A stretch of DNA of 64,000 nucleotides. Origin: Myxococcota bacterium (GTDB lineage: Bacteria > Myxococcota_A > UBA9160 > UBA6930). The stretch lies in NCBI GenBank assembly GCA_965223705.1, contig OZ245015.1, positions 4,343,206 through 4,407,205 of the forward strand. The letters run 5' to 3'. The notes below the pieces were generated by a model that saw only the letters and a program-made list of their open reading frames with translations, had not been told where the DNA came from and made no database searches. The position numbers and the translations under genes are program-made. Of the stretch, positions 28,959-35,931 are shown in pieces (the stretch's first letter is position 1; each line of letters opens with the position of its first letter).

Positions 28959-29781
28959 TTCGGTCCCCTTCTCCAGCCGAGCCGGCAAATGCGTCGAGCA
29001 ACCCGCGAGCTCCTGCGGAAATGATCTCGCCGATGGCCGCGCCCGCGTCGGCGTCCTTGCCGCGCCGTGCGAGGAGCGACGCTTCGAGGTCGCGAAGCGT
29101 TCGGTAGCGAATCGCCCCCAAGTATTCTCCGCCCACGTCGACGACCGGCAGAGCGTGCACGTCCCTCCAACCGGGATGCGCCACGACGGCCGCCCGGTCG
29201 GCGGTTGCAGCGATTCGGTGCGGAGCATTCACCATGAGCTCGGCGATTGGCGTGTCCGGATCGGCGAGAAACAGCTCCCGCAAGTTGAGCGCACCGACCA
29301 GGCGCTGCTCTTGATCGACGATGTAGAGGTTGTACCGAGTGGCCTTGGGGTCTTCTCGAACTCTTGCGAGGGCCTCTCCCGCCGTCAAGCCGTGTGCCAA
29401 CGCGAGAACATTGGGATCGAGAAGCGCTCCCGCGGTTCCCTCGCGAAATCGCAAGAGCCCGCGGACGTCTCGTTCGGTCTTGCGCGGGAGAAGGCGCAGC
29501 AGCTCGTCGCGTCGCCCGTCGGACATGCGACGAAGCAAGCGTGCGCAAAGCTCGATGGGAAGCTGCTTGAGCAAGCCCGCCACTTGCTCCGCCCGGAGTT
29601 CCGCAAGTGCCGCCGTCGCGTGATGAGGAGACAGTCGGCGCAAAATACCGATCGCACTCTCGGGCTCGAGGCGAGCCAGGATTTCGGTGGTCTCGCCGGG
29701 AGAGAGCCGTTCGAGTGCGAGGGTGGCACGCTCCGGGAAGGTGTTGAGCAATTGATCCGCCAGGCGTCGCGTGAGCGTCAT
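28951..29781 (-). CDS. soluble MgtE_N + CBS-pair protein (MgtE cytoplasmic-domain paralogue, no membrane domain)
   Basis: Track ORF 28951..29841. I moved the start to the ATG at 29781 (MTLTRRLADQLL). The helical repeat region LSPGETTEILARLEPESAIGILRRLSPHHATAALAEL is followed by a CBS pair (NLYIVDQEQRLVGALNLRELF and ALPVVDVGGEYLGAIRYRTL). The protein ends without any TM helix. Confidence 0.7.
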   Translation of the reverse strand: MTLTRRLADQLLNTFPERATLALERLSPGETTEILARLEPESAIGILRRLSPHHATAALAELRAEQVAGLLKQLPIELCARLLRRMSDGRRDELLRLLPRKTERDVRGLLRFREGTAGALLDPNVLALAHGLTAGEALARVREDPKATRYNLYIVDQEQRLVGALNLRELFLADPDTPIAELMVNAPHRIAATADRAAVVAHPGWRDVHALPVVDVGGEYLGAIRYRTLRDLEASLLARRGKDADAGAAIGEIISAGARGLLDAFAGSAGEGDRSA

Positions 29782-29792
29782 GACCCCTCTCC

Positions 29793-30623
29793 TCAGCGCA
29801 AAACGACCCGCTCGAGAAGGTGAGCGTTCGGCACACTCCACACCTCGTCGTCGCTGCGCACCAAGGTATCGACGGCCCCGACCCTCTCGACCAGCCCGCG
29901 GCGGCCATCGATCTCGACGGCCGTGTTTTCGGGAAACGATTGCTTCATGAAATGACCCGCGAGGATATGCGTAATGAGTGGCCTCGCACCGAGAGCGAAC
30001 GCGAGTCCGACGGCAAGGCCCGCTGCCCCCACCATGACCGTGAGCGGAAGAACGAAGACCTCGACCGCAATGCCGAGCTGCTCGGCGGCGATCGCGAGCA
30101 TCAATCCGACCACCGCGATCTGCGCCATGAACCCGAGTCGCGGTGCGGAGAGCAAACCCGCGGCCGCGGCGCCCGAGCTCACCAAAGTCGCGACGAATCG
30201 CCCGAGGACGAGCCCGCCCAGGCCGATCAGCGCCGCGCCGATCACGTTGGGGATGAAGGCGATCAGCCGATCGATCGTGGTGGTCACCGCCTTGAGGCCG
30301 AGCGTTTCAACCGCCGACAACAAGAATGTAAGCATCACGAGCCAGAACAGCAGACGAGCGACGATCTCCGAGAAACTGAGGTTCAGCCCGGCGCGATCCA
30401 GAAGATCGGCGATCTTGAGACGCGCCGCGGCGCGGTCGAGCCCGAGGGCGCGCAGGCCGCGACCCGCCACCATCTCGAGTCCGCTCGAAACGAGCCACCC
30501 CAACGCGAAGATCAGCACGGCCCCGACGAGGTTGGGAAGAAAGGCCGCCACGTTTCCGCCGAGCTCAGAAAACACATGGACAAGAACCTCGCGCAGCGCG
30601 TCGAGGTTGAACAGTTCGCTCAT
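29793..30623 (-). CDS. mechanosensitive-channel-like membrane protein (conserved TM-helix repeats plus MscS-type beta domain)
   Basis: 276 aa. The TM-helix module repeats (NLVGAVLIFALGWLVSSGLE and NVIGAALIGLGGLVLGRFVA). The C-terminal AVEIDGRRGLVERVGAVDTLVRSDDEVWSVPNAHLL resembles the MscS beta domain. Confidence 0.55.
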   Translation of the reverse strand: MSELFNLDALREVLVHVFSELGGNVAAFLPNLVGAVLIFALGWLVSSGLEMVAGRGLRALGLDRAAARLKIADLLDRAGLNLSFSEIVARLLFWLVMLTFLLSAVETLGLKAVTTTIDRLIAFIPNVIGAALIGLGGLVLGRFVATLVSSGAAAAGLLSAPRLGFMAQIAVVGLMLAIAAEQLGIAVEVFVLPLTVMVGAAGLAVGLAFALGARPLITHILAGHFMKQSFPENTAVEIDGRRGLVERVGAVDTLVRSDDEVWSVPNAHLLERVVLR

Positions 30624-30667
30624 CGTCTCTCTCCTTGTTTCAGGAAACTTTGGGGCTCGGTGTCGGC

Positions 30668-31690
30668 TCAGGTGAGCTCTGTCTCATCGGTCAACTCCTC
30701 GTGAAAGCTCTCGACCGAATCCGCGACCCGCTCCGGCACGTCGAAGAACGCGACGTGAAAGAGAGCGTCCCCCTCGTTGACGAGGGGAAGCTCTGTCCGA
30801 CCGATCACGACACCCGCGTGCGTCGCCTTGACGATGACTTCTTCCGCGCCCAACGGGTCCGCGATGACTCCGAGCTGATCCCCGGGTTCGACTGCGGCGC
30901 CCAACTTCAAGCGCTCGCGCAGGATCCCGCTGTCCGGCGCGCGAACCCACTTACTGGCCTGCGCGACGAACGGCCGCCCGACGCCCTTGCTCCGCGGCGG
31001 CTTGACCATGCCCAGGGCGCCCATCACGCGCAGGGTGCCGTAGGCGCCCGCTTGGATGGGGGCTTCGTCAAAGCGGAGCGCTTCTCCCCCTTCATAGAGG
31101 AGCATGGGAATGCCCCGGTCGACCACCGCTTGTCGCAACGAGCTGTCGCGGAGGGTCGCGTTCACGACGACGGGAACTCCAAAAGTCCTGGCCAGACGCT
31201 CCGTCTCGGCATCGTCCAAACTGGCTCGAATTTGCGGCAAGTTCGAGCGGTGCACGGCCGCCGTGTGGAGATCGATCCCATGCGTCGATCCTTCCACCAC
31301 TTCGGAGAGAAACAAGTGCGCGAGTCGAGACGCGAGCGATCCCTGAGGCGATCCCGGAAACGAGCGGTTCAGATCTCTCCGATCGGGCAAATAGCGGGTC
31401 AATCCGACGAAGCCGTAGAGGTTCACGATCGGAACCGCGATGAGCGTACCGCGCAAGGCACGGAGGCTCCGATGGGCGAGGACGCGACGAATGATCTCGA
31501 CGCCGGCGATTTCGTCACCGTGCACCGCGGCGCACACGAACAAACGGGGACCCGGCTCCCGACCGCACACCACTTCTACCGGGAGCGCGACTTGGTTCCC
31601 GCTCACCCGTTTCGCGAGGGGTATTTGAATCCGTTTCCGCTCGCCGGGCCCGATTCGCTCGCCGGCGAGAAGAACCTCGGGATCAGGCAC
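30668..31690 (-). CDS. succinylglutamate desuccinylase/aspartoacylase (AstE/AspA, M14-like) family deacylase
   Basis: 340 aa with the zinc-site block FVCAAVHGDEIAG. The length and N-terminal pattern (GERKRIQIPLAK) match the members of this family usually found next to rimK. GTG start at 31690. Confidence 0.75.
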   Translation of the reverse strand: MPDPEVLLAGERIGPGERKRIQIPLAKRVSGNQVALPVEVVCGREPGPRLFVCAAVHGDEIAGVEIIRRVLAHRSLRALRGTLIAVPIVNLYGFVGLTRYLPDRRDLNRSFPGSPQGSLASRLAHLFLSEVVEGSTHGIDLHTAAVHRSNLPQIRASLDDAETERLARTFGVPVVVNATLRDSSLRQAVVDRGIPMLLYEGGEALRFDEAPIQAGAYGTLRVMGALGMVKPPRSKGVGRPFVAQASKWVRAPDSGILRERLKLGAAVEPGDQLGVIADPLGAEEVIVKATHAGVVIGRTELPLVNEGDALFHVAFFDVPERVADSVESFHEELTDETELT

Positions 31691-32147
31691 GTCGTGCCCT
31701 TCCCCTCTTTGCTTTCTTTTTCGGAGCCTGAACCATCCGGCGGCTCGGGTCGATCAGGAAGGGCCCCGACAGCGCGGTCCGTCCCAGGAGCATGCGGTGG
31801 ATCATCTTCCCGCGATTGACCAGGCTGAGATCGACGTCGCGCTCGACGGGCCCGAGTCTGATCCGCGTTCGAACGAAATAACGAGTCTCGGTTTCTCCGT
31901 TGCTCGAACGGACGCGTGAACGCCTCAGAACGCGTGCGGTCACGTGCACACGTCGATCTCGTCGCTCTCGATGGAGGACAACGTCGAATCGAATCCGCCC
32001 GCGCGGAAGCTCGACCACGTTTTCGACGTGGAGGGCGCTTGAGCGGGCGCCGGTATCCACCTTTGCGCGGAGCTTCTTGATGTTCCAATCGGGCAGGTCG
32101 ACGTACTCGGTCCACCCAATGAGGACGGGCTCGTCGTCCGATCTCAT
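31683..32147 (-). CDS. retropepsin-like aspartic endopeptidase (COG4067, formerly 'ATP-dependent zinc protease'; RimB-like)
   Basis: Track ORF 31683..32387. I moved the start to the ATG at 32147, which overlaps the rimK stop (ATGA). Signature: IGWTEYVDLPDWNIKKLRAKVDTGARSSALHV with a D-T-G motif. Confidence 0.75.
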   Translation of the reverse strand: MRSDDEPVLIGWTEYVDLPDWNIKKLRAKVDTGARSSALHVENVVELPRGRIRFDVVLHRERRDRRVHVTARVLRRSRVRSSNGETETRYFVRTRIRLGPVERDVDLSLVNRGKMIHRMLLGRTALSGPFLIDPSRRMVQAPKKKAKRGRARRA

Positions 32148-33382
32148 TCGCTGGGCACCGGATCCGACGACTCGCGAGCGTTCGGCGCCTTTCGCTTGCG
32201 TACCTTCCGACGGGGCTTGGGCGCGAGCCCGCGTAGAGTGAGCATCTTCCCGAAGCAGAACAGGGTGTCCCCGGCCAGGATCTCGCGGTCGTTTCGCGGG
32301 TTCGGAATCGAGACACTGCCTCGCTGGATCGTCAGGATCACCACGTCGAGACCGCGCAGGCCGGATCCTTTGACGGTTTTCCCGCACAGGTCCGAGCGCG
32401 GATCCACGGGGATCTCCATAACGCCGTACCCGCTCTGTAGTGTGAGGCGCTGGCGAATGTCGATGTCGGGGAACAGGACTTCTTGCTCGATCAGGGAAAT
32501 GATCTCACCGGCCACGTCGATTCCCGTCGCCGTTTCGATCCCCTCCAGACCGGGGGACGAGTTGACTTCCATCAACATCGGACCGTCGTTGCCTTCGAGG
32601 AGATCGACGCCCGCAACGCGGAGCCCCATGACCTGCGCTGCGTTGACCGCCACGCGCTCGTATTCCTCGTCCAGGGTGACGACCTCGGCAGAACCACCGC
32701 GGTGGATGTTGCTGCGGAACTCATCGCCTTGCGCCTGGCGGCGCATCGCCGCGACGACACGAGAGCCCACGACGAAGGCGCGGATATCCCGACCTTTGCT
32801 CTCCTTGACGAATCGCTGCAGCAAGACGCTCATCTTCGCGGGCCCCGAGAGGGTTTCGATGATGGCCTCTGCCACTTTCGTCGAATCCGCGAGGATCACC
32901 CCGACACCTTGGGTGCCCTCGAGAAGCTTGATCACCACGGGCGGCCCGCCCATACGCTCGATGCCCGGGAGGATCTCCGAGGTGTGCCGAACGAAGAGTG
33001 TCGTAGGAAGGCCGATCTTGTGGCGACTCAAGGCCTGGAGTGCGCGAAGCTTGTCGCGAGAAACCGTGATCGCGTGAGAGGGGTTCACGCAGAAGACGCC
33101 CATTTGTTCGAACTGGCGGACGACGGCGGTCCCGAACGCCGTGATCGAAGCGCCGATTCGAGGGATCACCGCGTCGTATTGCGAGAGCCTCTTGTTCTTG
33201 AAGTAGAGGTGCGGGCGACTGGTCTCCACTTCGATCGTGAAGGAGAGCGGGTTGAGTACCTTCGCCTCGTGCCCCCGTTGGGTCGCCGCCTCTTTGAGGC
33301 GACGCGTGCTGTAGAGACGCGGCCCACGTGAAAGGATCGCGATCTTGAGAGAGTCGGCCTCTTCTCTCGCAGCCATAACCAC
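32144..33382 (-). CDS. rimK: RimK-type ATP-grasp alpha-L-glutamate ligase with C-terminal RCK_C (TrkA_C) domain and basic tail
   Basis: Residues 1-300 align along their whole length with E. coli RimK as I recall it (KIAILSR, AVIPRIG, VVIKLLEGTQGVGV, DIRAFVVG, FRSNIHRGG, MEVNSSPGLEGIE). Residues ~312-386 (GYGVMEIPVDPRSDLCGKTVKGSGLRGLDVVILTIQRGSVSIPNPRNDREILAGDTLFCFGK) match the TrkA_C/RCK_C pattern. The tail is KPRRKVRKRKAP. Confidence 0.9.
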   Translation of the reverse strand: MVMAAREEADSLKIAILSRGPRLYSTRRLKEAATQRGHEAKVLNPLSFTIEVETSRPHLYFKNKRLSQYDAVIPRIGASITAFGTAVVRQFEQMGVFCVNPSHAITVSRDKLRALQALSRHKIGLPTTLFVRHTSEILPGIERMGGPPVVIKLLEGTQGVGVILADSTKVAEAIIETLSGPAKMSVLLQRFVKESKGRDIRAFVVGSRVVAAMRRQAQGDEFRSNIHRGGSAEVVTLDEEYERVAVNAAQVMGLRVAGVDLLEGNDGPMLMEVNSSPGLEGIETATGIDVAGEIISLIEQEVLFPDIDIRQRLTLQSGYGVMEIPVDPRSDLCGKTVKGSGLRGLDVVILTIQRGSVSIPNPRNDREILAGDTLFCFGKMLTLRGLAPKPRRKVRKRKAPNARESSDPVPSE

Positions 33383-33390
33383 CCCACCGT

Positions 33391-33422
33391 GAAGAGCACG
33401 AGCACCGTCTTGCTCGCTCTTC
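33391..33422. promoter_or_regulatory. imperfect 12-bp inverted repeat in the rimK / CNNM divergent intergenic region
   Basis: The element reads GAAGAGC-AC-GAGCA ccgtct TGCTC-GCTCTTC (7+5 bp with a 2-nt bulge) and starts 9 nt upstream of the rimK GTG. It could be an operator or a 5'-UTR hairpin. Confidence 0.3.
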
Positions 33423-33526
33423 GTGTCATATACCAGGTTTCCGACGGGATGGGAAAGGGATGACGGTCCGCCCAGGCGTCTCAGAGCTTGTATTGTCTCG
33501 CGACGAGGCGAATGGAGACTCGCAAG

Positions 33527-34591
33527 ATGGACAGAGAAACGCTCACGTGGGCCGGAATCGCGCTGTGTCTCGTTCAGTCCGGAATGTTTTCGGGACTGAA
33601 TCTGGCGCTTCTGGGTCTCAGCCGTCTTCAGTTGCAGGTCGAGGCAGAGTCGGGAGATCCTGCGGCGTCCCGAGTCCTGGCTCTCCGTCAGGATTCGAAC
33701 TTCCTACTCACGACGGTGCTCTGGGGCAACGTGAGTGTGAACTGTCTACTGACCCTCCTGTCGGACTCGGTCCTCTTCGGCGTCGCTGCCTTCGCGTTTT
33801 CGACCTTCGGCATTACGATCGTCGGAGAGATTCTTCCCCAGGCGTATTTCTCGCGAAACGCCATGCGCGTCGGTGCGGCGCTGACGCCCTTCGTCCGCTT
33901 CTATCAGTGGGTTCTCTTTCCAGTCGCAAAACCCACCGCTCTCCTGCTCGACGCGTGGCTCGGCGAGGAGGAAATCTCCTACTTTCGCGAGCGCGAACTC
34001 CGCGAGGTGATCCGTCAACATATGTTGGCGGAGGACGCCGACCTCGAAAGCCACGAGGGTCTGGGTGCCCTCAACTTCCTCGTGATGGATGACCTCCCGA
34101 TCGGTCAAGAGGGAGAGGCCGTCGATCCGGCTAGCGTCATCTCGCTCCCTGTCGCCGTGGACTTGCCGGTCTTCCCTTCGATCCGTCGGGACGCGGAAGA
34201 CCCCTTCTTGAAGAGGGTCGAACAAAGCGGCCACAAATGGATCGTCATCACGGATACCGAAGAACAGCCCCGCCTCGTACTGGACGCGGATGCTTTTCTG
34301 CGCGAGGCCCTGTTCGGTACGGGTGAGCTCGATCCGTACTCGTTTTGCCATCGACCCATCGTCGTCGACAACGCGCGCGTCCCCCTCGGTGTCGCGATCC
34401 GACGACTCCATGTCGAGCCGGAGCACAAAGAAGACGACGTTATCGACCAGGATCTGATTCTCGTCTGGGCCGATACGCGTCGAATCGTCACGGGAGCGGA
34501 TTTACTCGGGCGCCTCTTACGCGGGATCGTCCGCAAGCGTCGAGCGTCGCAGGCACAACGGGCACCCGTGCTGGCCGCCCCGTCCGAGTAG
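33527..34591 (+). CDS. CNNM/DUF21 transmembrane-domain protein (CorB/CNNM-type Mg2+/Co2+ transport family)
   Basis: Track ORF 33488..34591. The start is probably MDRETLTW (33527) or METRK (33512). The DUF21 pattern is SGMFSGLNLALLGLSRLQLQV...GEILPQAYFSRNA...FPVAKPTALLLD. The C-terminal region looks like a degenerate CBS pair and there is no CorC_HlyC domain. Confidence 0.7.
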   Translation: MDRETLTWAGIALCLVQSGMFSGLNLALLGLSRLQLQVEAESGDPAASRVLALRQDSNFLLTTVLWGNVSVNCLLTLLSDSVLFGVAAFAFSTFGITIVGEILPQAYFSRNAMRVGAALTPFVRFYQWVLFPVAKPTALLLDAWLGEEEISYFRERELREVIRQHMLAEDADLESHEGLGALNFLVMDDLPIGQEGEAVDPASVISLPVAVDLPVFPSIRRDAEDPFLKRVEQSGHKWIVITDTEEQPRLVLDADAFLREALFGTGELDPYSFCHRPIVVDNARVPLGVAIRRLHVEPEHKEDDVIDQDLILVWADTRRIVTGADLLGRLLRGIVRKRRASQAQRAPVLAAPSE

Positions 34592-34604
34592 GCCCGCAGA
34601 CCCG

Positions 34605-35480
34605 TCAGAGGTACATCCCGACGCCTTCCCCCGGCTTCGTCGGAGGCGGCGCCTCGGCGCTACGCCCGGCGAGCATCTCTTCGTGGGTCACGCCGCCGAA
34701 CATCTGCTTCAAGCGATCGTCCCATGTGTCGGCTGTCGAAGCGACCATCTCGATCGCGAAGCGGAGCTCTTCTTCCCTGAATTCAGAGCCGAGAATGCTC
34801 TCGTCAAACCAGATCGAGCGATTCTCGGGATCGAGTGCAAAACGGCCGAACATCAGTCCGAAGTTGAGTCTCGCGAGGAAGAGACCGAGCTCGGGCGTGA
34901 CGACGACACCGACATTGGTAATCGCGAAGACGCGAATCACCACGCGCCCATTCGGCATGGCGCGGGGAGCGACCATGAGGTGGACCCCGGCCATGGGAAC
35001 GACGTAGTCGCCATCGTTGTCCTTGTCCGGTCGTCGCCCGAGGATCTCCGCAACGACGCTTTCGATCCGGACTCGCGCGAGGGCGAGCTTCTTCTTCGCT
35101 TCGTGCTCGAGTTTGCGGCTGCCGTGTGCGATGTCGAGTTTCAATTCGGGCTTTTCGCCAAAGACCTCCACCAGGAGTTGTGTCAGCTGATCCACCGCGG
35201 CTTCGGCCTCGGGCGCGGCTTTCGTCCAGGGGTTGGCCGCGTTGGCCGGATCCTCGGAACTGAATCCGCGCTCCCTCAGAGCACGCCGCACGTCCGCGTC
35301 GAGCTCGGGCACAGATCGAGGGCGCCCCGGCACCGAGACCTCGAGCCCGCCGTCCTCCCGGCGGTTGATCTCCGCGACATGAAGCGGACGCCCCGACGGG
35401 ACCACGGCGATGAAATCAAGCGGTTCGAGCGCCTCGACCTCGGCAATCAGAAAGGCTGTCGCGACGGAAGGATCGGCCAT
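34605..35480 (-). CDS. YbjN-like (type III secretion chaperone-like) domain protein
   Basis: 291 aa. The C-terminal half DGDYVVPMAGVHLMVAPRAMPNGRVVIRVFAITNVG...LARLNFGLMFGRFALDPENRSIWFDESI fits the YbjN/sensory-transduction-regulator fold pattern. Confidence 0.65.
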   Translation of the reverse strand: MADPSVATAFLIAEVEALEPLDFIAVVPSGRPLHVAEINRREDGGLEVSVPGRPRSVPELDADVRRALRERGFSSEDPANAANPWTKAAPEAEAAVDQLTQLLVEVFGEKPELKLDIAHGSRKLEHEAKKKLALARVRIESVVAEILGRRPDKDNDGDYVVPMAGVHLMVAPRAMPNGRVVIRVFAITNVGVVVTPELGLFLARLNFGLMFGRFALDPENRSIWFDESILGSEFREEELRFAIEMVASTADTWDDRLKQMFGGVTHEEMLAGRSAEAPPPTKPGEGVGMYL

Positions 35481-35492
35481 TTCGTTCTCTCC

Positions 35493-35732
35493 TCACGGGG
35501 TGCCGGTCGTGGGAGGCACCGGCAAAGGGTGGGCCTTTCGATGGCGGTGACCAACGGCCGCCAGCGCCCAGCCCACGCCGGCGCCGGCCAGGAAGACCCC
35601 GAGAACCAGGAGCGATCGAGACATCTCGACCTGCCAAAACAGGAACCGGACCTCGACCACTTCGACGTTCTGAGCCGTGAAGATCGCCAAAATCAGTGCC
35701 GCCGCCGCGGCGAGGCTCAACTTCCATCCCAT
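35493..35732 (-). CDS. LapA-family (DUF1049) small inner-membrane protein
   Basis: Track ORF 35493..36050. I moved the start to MGWKLSL. The 79-aa product has the pattern LILAIFTAQNVEVVEVRFLFWQVEMSRSLLVLGVFLAGAGVGW (QN..V.V.F..W motif, two TM helices). Confidence 0.55.
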   Translation of the reverse strand: MGWKLSLAAAAALILAIFTAQNVEVVEVRFLFWQVEMSRSLLVLGVFLAGAGVGWALAAVGHRHRKAHPLPVPPTTGTP

Positions 35733-35931
35733 ACGGGCTCCTCTGACGTCGATTGGTTTGCAACGCTTGTGCCGAAGTGAGCTTGTGGCAAACGACCTCG
35801 CCTTGGGGCTCGATGTACCCGTTACCTCGGTTTGCCACGGCTGCGAACAAAACGAGGGGCTCGCGTGTCCGCTACTCTGCACGATTCGTTCGGCGCGACG
35901 ACCCCGCTGAACGAACTTCCCCCGGGGCCCC

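Noticed and set aside
26476-29228. The long versions of track ORFs 26476..28149 (557 aa) and 27654..29228 (524 aa) taken as complete genes. The same applies to the 5' extensions of 10433..12004, 42038..43048, 31683..32387, 25368..26558 and 45028..47271.
   Set aside because: The N-terminal extensions are Arg/Ser/Gly-rich and overlap the preceding genes. Internal starts coincide with the family-typical N-termini, with SD sequences or with stop/start overlaps.
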